From positions 7,436 to 71,435 of the forward strand of contig DATKGN010000004.1 in NCBI GenBank assembly GCA_035510735.1: a DNA stretch of 64,000 nt, in the 5' to 3' direction. Positions 30,180-39,400 of this stretch are shown here, one piece after another. The notes under the pieces are model-generated. The model was given only the letters and a program-made list of their open reading frames with translations. It did not search any database and was not told the DNA's origin. Each line of letters opens with the position of its first letter. Position 1 is the first letter of the stretch. The DNA comes from Patescibacteria group bacterium (GTDB lineage: Bacteria > Patescibacteriota > Microgenomatia > UBA10105 > UBA927). The translations under genes and the position numbers were made by a program.

Positions 30180-30839
30180 TTATTGTTCTGCCACCGCCTT
30201 TTGTATGGTCTCTGTGTCAGGGGGCGGAACCCCGGGATTATATGCTGTAAAAAACAACCGAACGAGCTGTTCATTGTCCAACTGATGTGCGCGTAGGCCG
30301 ACACGGCTTAACAGCCGTATTATTTGATCGCGCTTGGGATTAAGGACGATAAGCGCCTTTTCATATATATAGGATCTTGGGTACGGCAAGCCCCGTTTTT
30401 TGCTTCCGAATAACACGCTCGGCGAGCTTCCGAGCTCAAGACTCGAAAACGGGAGGACGATGAAAAAGTTTTTATCCAACACATCCTTTTCCTTCACGGT
30501 TGCCGCGACGAACAAACGGTAATCATGAATGCTTTTGGTGAGTTTTGGGTTTTTCTCCTTCCGTTCCTGATCTTCAAGAAGTCTGAGGTACGCTGTGACA
30601 TCTTTGTGTTGCGTCCTGATCATGAGTTGGATGGGGAATGACAAGGAATTTAAAAGTCCCGCGTACGCAGAGATCATGGCATCCTGCTCTTTTTCCGATA
30701 GCAGGCCGAAGTTTACCGCCGTTGTTGTCACGACCATCGCACACGATCCGTCGGCAAACATGATGATATCATGATCGACGGCTTCGATTTCGGTAAATAT
30801 CTGTGATGATGATTTAATAGGAACAATCGGTGGGTTCAT
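30180..30839 (-). CDS. T4SS accessory protein resembling a VirB4/TraC N-terminal domain
   Basis: VNFGLLSEKEQDA.I..Y...LNSL.FPIQ. Located between prgI-like and virB4. Confidence 0.6.
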   Translation of the reverse strand: MNPPIVPIKSSSQIFTEIEAVDHDIIMFADGSCAMVVTTTAVNFGLLSEKEQDAMISAYAGLLNSLSFPIQLMIRTQHKDVTAYLRLLEDQERKEKNPKLTKSIHDYRLFVAATVKEKDVLDKNFFIVLPFSSLELGSSPSVLFGSKKRGLPYPRSYIYEKALIVLNPKRDQIIRLLSRVGLRAHQLDNEQLVRLFFTAYNPGVPPPDTETIQKAVAEQ

Positions 30840-32254
30840 GGTGTCGGTTTTCCAAAAATTTCTTTTTCAAGCTTTTCCCGGTTTACCTGTTTTTGGCTTT
30901 TTGCGATAATCTCGAGAGCCGGCACGATAGAGCCATTGAGCGTGATCTGCACGCGGTCAAAGATATATCGGACTCTCGGGTCCTCGATCTCGACGAAGTA
31001 GACGCCGTTTGCCAGGGGCGTTGACGCAGCAAACTGGCCAAGCCGGTTTGTTTTTAGCGCCCGGAGAGGGACTCCCTCTTTATCTTTTACTGTGACAAGT
31101 ACTCCGGGAAGGAATATGTTGTCACCGTCTTTAATAATCCCCGTGACGATATTCGGAAACGATGTGAGTCTGGGGAGGCCGACCCTCACCGCGCTTTCTG
31201 GGGTTATAATTTTTACCGTCGGCTGTCTTGTTACATTTGGAGAAGCCACATGTGTTCCCGATTGGCTTTGCACAACTGGCGCCGGTTTGGGCACTATGGG
31301 TGGTGGTGTAGTCGCGAGCGGATTGGCTGCCGCCTGACGCCGAAGCGCGGTCAGCTCCCGCTCCATGGTTTCGCGTTCTCCAAGCAACTCTGTTAACTGT
31401 TTTTGGAGTTCTAATACGCGCGCCTCGGTCATGGATGAGCTTGCAAGATCTTTTTTAAGCAATACAACCTGCTGTTCCAGCGCTTCTTCTTTTTGTTTGG
31501 TTTGTTCGATAGCTTCTGGAGTTGGCTTTGGCGTTGCAGGGCGGACAATCGGAGGAGGAGAAAAATCAATGTGTTTACCGGTTATCGATGGAATCGGATA
31601 GTTGGTGGTTGTAACGTTTGCATTCATCATTGTTGGTTTGGGAGTCGAAAACGTAAACAGGCCGGCGAGCCACCCCCACGCGGATTGTTTTGGATGGACC
31701 GTTACAATAGTCGGTTTCTGTGGTTGTGTCACGGGTCCCGGAGACGGTTGCGGAATTGTTTGCGTGTGGGCACCGGGAAACACGCTTTGTAAAATATCTG
31801 CTATCGGACGCGCTCCCTGTGTCGCGGTAGATGCGGCGACGCTTGAGGGGCGCTGCTGTGGAGATGGTTGTGGTTTCGCTGGTTGTATATGTTGAGCCCG
31901 CAGCACAGGTGGTGCGGGGGGTGCTGCCTGTTTGGCTGCCAATTGAGCAACGGGGGGAGCAGGCGTAACCCCTCGCGCCCATACGAATTGTGTGGGACTG
32001 TAGACGCTTTTAATAAACGACAACACCCAGATATCCATCGGACGTTCCTCGACGGGGACAAATGCGAACCCGACGCCGCCGATAGCAAAAACGGTAGTCA
32101 GGGGCCAGGTAAAAAAGAAAGGAAGCGGCAGTTTAAATGATATATATGCCAATATAGCGCCCCCGGCGAGATATCCGAACTGTTTAATCGTCATGTCGCC
32201 GATAAGGCGGAATTGAAATGTTGTGACGTTTTGAGGGACAGGATGCTGTTCCAT
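30836..32254 (-). CDS. PrgI-family (VirB3-like) protein with Pro-rich linker, coiled coil and C-terminal beta-sandwich
   Basis: MEQHPVPQNV..FQFRLIGDMTIKQF plus 2 TM and ERP. The C-terminus reads G..V.VKD..G...R..KTN..GQF. Confidence 0.75.
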   Translation of the reverse strand: MEQHPVPQNVTTFQFRLIGDMTIKQFGYLAGGAILAYISFKLPLPFFFTWPLTTVFAIGGVGFAFVPVEERPMDIWVLSFIKSVYSPTQFVWARGVTPAPPVAQLAAKQAAPPAPPVLRAQHIQPAKPQPSPQQRPSSVAASTATQGARPIADILQSVFPGAHTQTIPQPSPGPVTQPQKPTIVTVHPKQSAWGWLAGLFTFSTPKPTMMNANVTTTNYPIPSITGKHIDFSPPPIVRPATPKPTPEAIEQTKQKEEALEQQVVLLKKDLASSSMTEARVLELQKQLTELLGERETMERELTALRRQAAANPLATTPPPIVPKPAPVVQSQSGTHVASPNVTRQPTVKIITPESAVRVGLPRLTSFPNIVTGIIKDGDNIFLPGVLVTVKDKEGVPLRALKTNRLGQFAASTPLANGVYFVEIEDPRVRYIFDRVQITLNGSIVPALEIIAKSQKQVNREKLEKEIFGKPTP

Positions 32255-32395
32255 CGTATAATTATTGTACGGGCGTTTTTATCGCTGCGCAATAGCACAA
32301 AGCGCATCAGGACCGTGAAAACTGATATTTTGACATTTCACGGTTTTCACGAAAAAACAACCGATATTTCACGCGCGCTGTGATAAGATACAGGT

Positions 32396-34585
32396 ATGGA
32401 TTCTCCGTTCGTATTATTGGAAATAAGGAATTCCAGGGATTCTGAAGAAACCCCCGCAGCAATGGAACAAATATTTGCTGCATTGGGCTCGGCGGGCGGT
32501 CACGGGGGATTATTAACAAGAATTTTTGGCCCTCGTCATGCGTCAAAATATCTTAGCTTTGAGATCGTTTCCGTTAACTCGAGAATCCATTTTTTTGTCG
32601 GCCTCCCAACATACATGCAAGCGTATGTGGAAAGCCAGCTTACTGCACACTACCCGAAGCTGCTCCTCACCGCCGCTCCCGATTACGCGCCGCATTTTTT
32701 CTCTCTTCCTCATGCGGCGGCACAGCTTGTCCTCACGAACTCCTATTATTATCCGCTTAAAACGTATAAAGACGCCAAAGACCTTGACGCGATGGCAAGT
32801 CTTCTCGGGCAGCTGGCGAAATTACCGGTCGGTGAAGCGGTTGCTATACAATTTCGCGCGGAACCGGCAGGGACGGGTTGGCAACAGGCAGCTTCAGCGG
32901 TTATCGCGCGCGGGGTGCCGGATGTGACATCGATAAACGGCCGCATGAAAGCCCATCCGCACGCACGACTCATAGAGACGAAAATATCGGAAGTCGGATT
33001 CACGACAGCTATCCGGATTGTTGCGGTTGGTGCTCAGGAGGCCCGCGCAAAAGAGCTCCTTAATTCCGTTGCCGGAACGTTTGGCGTGTTTACGCTCGGA
33101 GAGGGGAATGCATTGGCTATCGCCGAACCCGCATTTTGGCAAAAGAAGAAGCTGGAGCAGGGATTTGTTGAGCGAAGCGGGCGCGTGGCCCCACGGCATC
33201 AGGTCCTCAATGCGAGCGAACTTGCCTCGCTTTGGCACCCACCAGGGCTCACGCTTTCGATGATTAAAAATATTTCCTGGGGTGCACAGCTTACCGGAGA
33301 GGCACCGGAAAATCTTCCGGTAGCCACAGATGATGAAGAAGCCAAAAAGCGGATTAATTTCTTTGCCCGGACGGAACATAAAAATCGCACCGTTACCTTC
33401 GGGGTGCAGAAAGACGATCGGCGAAAGCACGTGTATATTGTCGGGAAAACCGGAACCGGCAAATCAACCATGATCGCCAATATGGCCATTAACGATATGA
33501 AAAACGGCGAAGGAGTTGCTGTTGTCGATCCGCATGGAGACCTTTGTGATATCCTTCTTGATTATGTGCCGTCCAATAGAATTAATGATGTTGCATACCT
33601 TGATCCGTCGGACATCGAATATCCGTTTCATCTTAACCCTCTTGAAGTAAAAAATACCGCATATCGCGAGCTTGTGTCCTCCGGCATCGTCTCTATTTTT
33701 TACAAACTGTATCACCTGAGCTGGGGGCCAAGATTGGAATACATTCTTAGGAATACAATTCTGACTCTTCTTAACGTGCCCGACAGTACGCTCCTGCAGG
33801 TTCCCGAGCTTCTAACGAATGAAAATTACCGGCTGAAAGTGGTGGGTTCGATGCAGGACCGGGTGCTCAAGAATTTCTGGATCAATGAATTTGCCAAAAT
33901 GAGCCCGCAGATGCGAAGTGAAGCGGTGTCGCCGATCCTTAACAAGGTTGGTCAGTTTCTTTCCTCCCAGACCATCCGGAATATTGTCGGAAGCCCCACG
34001 TCGACGGTCGATTTAGAGGATATGATGAACGAGGGGAAAATCGTCATTGTGAATTTGTCCCAAGGGAAGCTTGGTGAGGATAGTAGCGCGCTTTTGGGCG
34101 CCATGATTATCACGAAAATGCAGCTCGCCGCGATGAACCGGGTATATGTTGCCGAAAGCGAGCGGCGCGACTTCTACCTCTACGTCGATGAGTTCCAGAA
34201 TTTTGCGACGACCTCGTTTATTAAGATTCTTTCCGAAGCCCGTAAATACCGGCTCGATCTCACACTTGCCAACCAATATATCGGTCAAATTGATGAGGAT
34301 GTGCAAAAGGCGATATTCGGGAACGCCGGATCCATCGTTTCGTTCAGTGTCGGGGCGACCGATGCGCGGATCCTCGCTAAGGAATTCGGACTTAAGTACA
34401 AAGAGGAAGAATTGGTGGGCCTTGGTAATTATGAAGTAATCTGTAAACTTTCGATTGATAATCAGACAAGTAGCCCGTTCTCCGCCCACACGCTGCCACT
34501 TCCCAAGAGTAAAAATCAGAGTAGGGAAAAAGTGATACGCTCGTCTCGAGAGAGATACACCAAAAAGATAAATTCAAAATCCTAA
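32396..34585 (+). CDS. virD4: VirD4/TraG-like type IV coupling ATPase
   Basis: DRRKHVYIVGKTGTGKS, VVDPHGD, YLYVDEFQNF, ILSEARKY...ANQ. Confidence 0.88.
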   Translation: MDSPFVLLEIRNSRDSEETPAAMEQIFAALGSAGGHGGLLTRIFGPRHASKYLSFEIVSVNSRIHFFVGLPTYMQAYVESQLTAHYPKLLLTAAPDYAPHFFSLPHAAAQLVLTNSYYYPLKTYKDAKDLDAMASLLGQLAKLPVGEAVAIQFRAEPAGTGWQQAASAVIARGVPDVTSINGRMKAHPHARLIETKISEVGFTTAIRIVAVGAQEARAKELLNSVAGTFGVFTLGEGNALAIAEPAFWQKKKLEQGFVERSGRVAPRHQVLNASELASLWHPPGLTLSMIKNISWGAQLTGEAPENLPVATDDEEAKKRINFFARTEHKNRTVTFGVQKDDRRKHVYIVGKTGTGKSTMIANMAINDMKNGEGVAVVDPHGDLCDILLDYVPSNRINDVAYLDPSDIEYPFHLNPLEVKNTAYRELVSSGIVSIFYKLYHLSWGPRLEYILRNTILTLLNVPDSTLLQVPELLTNENYRLKVVGSMQDRVLKNFWINEFAKMSPQMRSEAVSPILNKVGQFLSSQTIRNIVGSPTSTVDLEDMMNEGKIVIVNLSQGKLGEDSSALLGAMIITKMQLAAMNRVYVAESERRDFYLYVDEFQNFATTSFIKILSEARKYRLDLTLANQYIGQIDEDVQKAIFGNAGSIVSFSVGATDARILAKEFGLKYKEEELVGLGNYEVICKLSIDNQTSSPFSAHTLPLPKSKNQSREKVIRSSRERYTKKINSKS

Positions 34586-35057
34586 ACACCAAATCCAAAA
34601 TAAACTCAAATGGACAAAATTCAAAGCACAAAACAGTATGATCTCGAAGATCGGACGTATGAATTTGCCAAACGCTGTCGTGATTTTGTGGTAAAACTTG
34701 CCAAGACGCAACCAAACGTGGAATACGGCGGGCAACTTATTCGATCATCCGGATCTCAAGCAGCCAATTATATAGAAGCAAACGATGCTATAAGTGCAAA
34801 AGACTTTCTCCATAGGATTAAAATTTGCAGAAAAGAAAGCAAAGAGAGTAGATTATGGTTGCGATTATGCGAAGTTGGAGCAAAAAGCGAATCTCAGATA
34901 GCTCAAAAAGAGCTCATACAGGAAGCGTTTGAACTTACGCGTATTTTTGGTTCAATTGTTGAAAAACGCAAGCAGAATCACGTTTGAATATTTTGAATTT
35001 TGCATTTAGAGTTTTGAATTTATTTTGAATTTTGGATTTGGGATTTGGAATTTTATG
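34569..35057. mobile_element. Putative hairpin cassette: heptamer-periodic inverted arms enclosing a four-helix-bundle gene
   Basis: Left arm: TAAATTC AAAATCC TAAACAC CAAATCC AAAATAAACTC. Reverse complement of the right arm: AAAATTC CAAATCC CAAATCC AAAATTC AAAATAAATTC. Mobility is inferred, not shown. Confidence 0.6.
34610..34987 (+). CDS. Four-helix-bundle protein (23S rRNA IVP / Avd-like family)
   Basis: DLEDRT..FA, QLIRSSGS.AANYIEA...S.KDF..RIKICRKE.KES..WL. Confidence 0.9.
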   Translation: MDKIQSTKQYDLEDRTYEFAKRCRDFVVKLAKTQPNVEYGGQLIRSSGSQAANYIEANDAISAKDFLHRIKICRKESKESRLWLRLCEVGAKSESQIAQKELIQEAFELTRIFGSIVEKRKQNHV

Positions 35058-35615
35058 AAAATAGCCCTTTTAGGCGGAAGTTTTAATCCACCGCACATAG
35101 GCCATCTGTTTATAGCACGGCAGGTACTGGATTTTACCGACACGGACGAAGTGTGGTTTTTGCCCAACTACGGCCAGAGCCCGCCGAAGCCGGTGGCAAC
35201 AGCAGAGGAGCGGCTGGCGATGACAAAGGTATTGAATTTGCCCAAGACCCGCATTTCCATGATAGAAATTGACAATAAACTCGACGGTGAAACCGTGCAT
35301 ATCCTCCCGTTTTTACCGAAGGAGCACACGTTTTCATTCATTATCGGTTCCGATCAGTTGCCGACGCTTCACCTATGGCTTGATTGGGAAAAACTCATTA
35401 CAACAATACCATTCTTAGTGTTTCCCCGATACGGCTACCCGAATGAGCCGCTCTACGGCGGGATGAAGGTCATAAACCACGAGCTATTAATCGGCAGCAA
35501 TATTTCCTCGACAAAGATTAGGGACCGGGTGGGCGAAGGCTTGCCTATCGACCAGTTTGTGCCGAAGGCAGTCGCCGAATATATCGACAGCCATAGTCTT
35601 TATAAGACCACTTAA
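35055..35615 (+). CDS. nadD: Nicotinate-nucleotide adenylyltransferase
   Basis: GGSFNPPHIGH (HIGH motif), FIIGSDQ...W, ISSTKIR. Start moved to ATG 35055. Confidence 0.93.
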   Translation: MKIALLGGSFNPPHIGHLFIARQVLDFTDTDEVWFLPNYGQSPPKPVATAEERLAMTKVLNLPKTRISMIEIDNKLDGETVHILPFLPKEHTFSFIIGSDQLPTLHLWLDWEKLITTIPFLVFPRYGYPNEPLYGGMKVINHELLIGSNISSTKIRDRVGEGLPIDQFVPKAVAEYIDSHSLYKTT

Positions 35616-35621
35616 CAGGTC

Positions 35622-35650
35622 TTGACAAAAGACCTATTAGGCGCTATCAT
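35622..35650 (+). promoter_or_regulatory. TA operon promoter (probably leaderless)
   Basis: TTGACA-N17-TATCAT, with an ATG 6 nt downstream at 35657. Confidence 0.7.
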
Positions 35651-35656
35651 ATGCTC

Positions 35657-35896
35657 ATGACTACGATATCCATTTCACAGCTTAAAATAAATCCATCATC
35701 TGTTATCGCTCAGGCGGTAGATTATCCTGTGGTGGTAGAAAACCGCAATAAAGTGCAGGCGTATCTTGTGGGAAAAACATTGTTTGAAAAAATTATTGCA
35801 CTTCTTGAAGAGAAAGAGGATGTGGCCGCTGTGAAAAACACTGATTTTTCTAAAGGCAGGAATTTCGATGATGTAGCCCAAGAGCTGGGGTTATGA
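35657..35896 (+). CDS. Phd/YefM-like antitoxin
   Basis: TISISQLK.NPS.VI......PV.V.NRNK..AYLV and an acidic C-terminus. ATGA overlap with the toxin. Confidence 0.8.
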   Translation: MTTISISQLKINPSSVIAQAVDYPVVVENRNKVQAYLVGKTLFEKIIALLEEKEDVAAVKNTDFSKGRNFDDVAQELGL

Positions 35897-36156
35897 ATAT
35901 TCTGATATCGCCTCGAGCGGAGAAAGAGCTCAAAAAGCTTCATAAATTTGATCAAATTGCCGTTGTTCAAAAAATACGCTCTCTTCGACTCTCAACGCCG
36001 CATGGAGAAGAACGGCTAACCGGATATCCACATATATTTCGTGTTCGCGTAGGAAATTATCGGATTGTATACCGTAAAACACGAGACGACATATATATCA
36101 TTCTCATCCGTCACCGGAAAGACGTCTATAAAAAGCTTACGGACCTGTTGGGATAG
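35893..36156 (+). CDS. RelE/ParE-family toxin
   Basis: AEKELKKL, FRVRVGNYRIVY, HRKDVY. Confidence 0.9.
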   Translation: MNILISPRAEKELKKLHKFDQIAVVQKIRSLRLSTPHGEERLTGYPHIFRVRVGNYRIVYRKTRDDIYIILIRHRKDVYKKLTDLLG

Positions 36157-36251
36157 TTTTGACAAAACATAGCCGATTAGGTTCAGGCGTTGACGGTTGG
36201 GCTAACGCACTTTAGACTGGAATAGTGGTGGACAAATTATCGATTAACAAT

Positions 36252-36362
36252 AATATTTCCTCGACAAAGATCAGGGAACGGGTGGGCCGCGGCCTCCCGA
36301 TTGACCAGTTTGTGCCGCCTGCGGTTGCGAAGTATATTCAAGAACACAAGCTTTATACATAA
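36252..36362 (+). pseudogene. Orphan duplicate of the nadD 3' end
   Basis: Reads NISSTKIRERVGRGLPIDQFVPPAVAKYIQEHKLYT* versus nadD NISSTKIRDRVGEGLPIDQFVPKAVAEYIDSHSLYKTT*. The first 20 nt are identical to 35499-35518. Confidence 0.9.
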
Positions 36363-36428
36363 GATCGCCTGCTTGCGTGTCCGACAACCGGCGGGATACA
36401 ATAAAATAAATAGTTAAATATATTTTAT

Positions 36429-39400
36429 ATGCCTGAAGATACCAACGAAAAGACGCCGATATTGCTTCTGAAGAAATTGTTAGAGGGGAAGCAGCCGCCC
36501 CCGGATCGTGGTGCAGACGGCCCGTTAACGGTTAAAGGCGTCCAAAGCCGCGATTTTGCCAGGCGTGAACAAAATGCCAAGGAATTGAAAAGCACCCAAG
36601 AGAGCAAAGGACCAAAACCTGAAACAGGAGTGAAGCCAAAAACGGAAGCAATTTCGGATAAATATAAGGAAGAGTTGGTCCGGAGCGGAACGCCGCTAAC
36701 GATAGAAAAAAAACTACAGATCATTGAGCATGAAGTGCCGGAAGCAAAAACGCTGGCCCTCAAACGACAATTTGAAGAGTTAAAGAACGAAATCCGCAAT
36801 AATCCTCAGGGTCCGGATTCACGGGGGAGAATACAATCTATCGTAAAAGGTATTCAAACCGACGCGGCTGTGGACAAAGACCTCAATGAGGTGGCACAGG
36901 AGATTACGCAATCCACCTACAACCACATTATGCGGAATAAAGCATATATGGTGGGCATCTCAATAGACGACCGCGCGGAAATGGGCGTGACATTTATAGA
37001 CGCCAAGTCTTCTCGTATTTATGAAGACGAGAATTATTTGCGCGATATTGGAGAAAACATACTCCGTCGGCCGTTAACAGCAGCAGATATTCAGGCTGAG
37101 GTTCAGGTTTCGGAGGATTTGGTAAAACATCTCAATGCCGGAGGTGATGAGGCGGATGTGGATTTGGTCGTTAAAACCATGCGGCCGGTTGAAAAATTGG
37201 ATGAAAAGACCGCCCGACAAAAGATTGCGGAAGGGCCCAGGTGGGTGAAAGATGCGGCAAGTAAAATTACCCGCGATTCGTACGCATTATCATTCCTCGG
37301 CGAGATGTCTGATGTGTACAAAATGAATCCTGATTTAGTTGATGATCCCACAAAGCTTAACCCCGCGCTATTGTTCACCAAAGGCGTACAGCTCCGTGTG
37401 GATAACGGTGAATTTTATACGTCGCAGGGCGAGTCTTCTGATGTCATGGCGCAAATGCAGGAAGGCACTTCAGTTCGCGATACGGTGGTCGATCAAGTCA
37501 AGCTGGCCATTGAGGGCAGGCCGATGTTTACCAGCGACCGCTGGGATGAACATTTATATCTCATGAGCGAGCCTAAGGCGTTTGCATTGGGAGCAGGAGT
37601 GGATTATGAATGGGATTCGGCGGCAGAACCCGTTCGTGCCGGCGCCCTGAAGGACCGTCTTGACGAATTTAATTCTTACGTTCACTCTCTGACCGGGGAT
37701 GTCGACGAGCAGGTTTATAAACTATACGGCGATTTACATCATGATTATCGCGCTGACTTGACGCTTGTTCCGAATCTTGTCGATAGGCTCGCAAAAAGGA
37801 TAGATGAAGTATCCAAGCTAAACGCGGAAAGACATAAAGCATTCAGCAACCTTTACTTCGAATACGTCGACCAAATGCCGGTATATCGGAACCCGGCTCT
37901 CGCTCTTCGTGAGACGCAGGACTATTACAATGAGTTGTCCCGCTTATATCCAAACACGTTCCAGGAATCGGTTGAGCGGAACCGTCAAAACATGATTTCA
38001 TTTTTAAACAGCCCGCATTTCCAGGCAGACTGGAAAGCGTTTTTTGACGATGATAAAAATTGGGGTTTCATCAATGAGGGCTACGACCCTGCGTATAAAA
38101 TTACCGTTAGAGCCGATCTTGATAAGCACCCTATGTATAAAGTCCTTAAAGATAAAAATGAATGGGCAAAATACCGTGGACAACTCGTTGACTCGTTCAC
38201 ACAAGGGGATTTATTGCAGCGCGGCGTCACAACGTTTAAGACTTCCGAAATAGAAAAAATGAGAGGCATCAATGCGTCTATCGGTGAGAAAGGGCAGATT
38301 ATATTACGGCGGGACAGAGGGGGGATCAATAATCGGGCATATTTGATTATGGATCGAAAAGGAGAATTTTCCCGTTTTGACAACGACGGAGATGAAGCGG
38401 TAGCGAGCGGACCAAATTTGAAACGGGCGGTGAATAAGGCGAAGCACGAAATGAAGAAATATAAAGAACATTATTTGCCAAAATTAGCGAAAGTATACGG
38501 TCCGAATGTTGATTTTGACACCATGGTAGATGCCGCGGTCGACGAAATGTATTCGCAGCAGATTATTGAAACGCGTCGCGCTGAGTGGATGGAATGGGGG
38601 GCGCCGATTTGGAAAGTTGGAGGGCAAAAAGATAACCCATTCATGTTTGCCGGCTTGGGCCCTGAAGCTAACGTGTTGACTGCCTGGCGCCCAATTGATG
38701 AGCTAATGGAACGCTGGGGGACGATAAGCGCTTCCGGCCGCCACGTGATTGAAGAGGCCGCTAAGAGCGATGTGATGCGTCTGAGTATTGATAAATATGT
38801 CGACCCCGCGTTGGACAAAATTGATCTGCGCACCGCGAAAGGAAAACAGGATTTCCGGCGACTTGTAAAAAATTATTTAGGAATTGTTGAGCCCGAGACC
38901 TCACCTAGATACGCGGCTATTGAACAGCAACGTCTTGTGTTTTTTGAAATTGATGAGCACGGGATTGACCTGAAGGAGCAATTACGAAATCCGACGTCAA
39001 TAGATAAATTGACCAAGAAAGACCTCCGGCGGCTGATGACGTTCACTCTGGCGAAACGCGCCGCAACAGACAGGGAGGCAACCGGCGCGTACCGGTATCG
39101 TTCGGCGTCCTGGAATGCAGACACGATGATTCAGGTTATGGACAAAAAGTACACTGGGCATAACGAAGTTTTATTACAGGAACGACTGTCGCGAAAAGTT
39201 GCTGATTTGTTTAACCCCGAAATTTCACATGATAGTATTGAGAATGCACAGTTTACTCTCACACACATTGTCCCAGAAGATCCGACAAGCGGAATGCTCC
39301 TTAAATTAGGAGAGTATTCGCCCATGCACGCGGTCGATGCGCTACAGTCGGAGTGTGATATTGAAATATTGGAATTTATTAACCGGGAGATTCCTGCAGC

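Noticed and set aside
35025-35054. N-terminal extension MNFGFGIWNF of NadD in the ORF track
   Set aside because: It is the translated right arm of the hairpin. The NadD fold begins at MKIALLGG (35055).
34610-36362. Diversity-generating retroelement (Avd-like gene plus a ~110-bp repeat pair resembling TR/VR)
   Set aside because: Mismatches between the repeats are not adenine-specific and about half the changed codons are synonymous. No reverse transcriptase is in the window, and the target is nadD.
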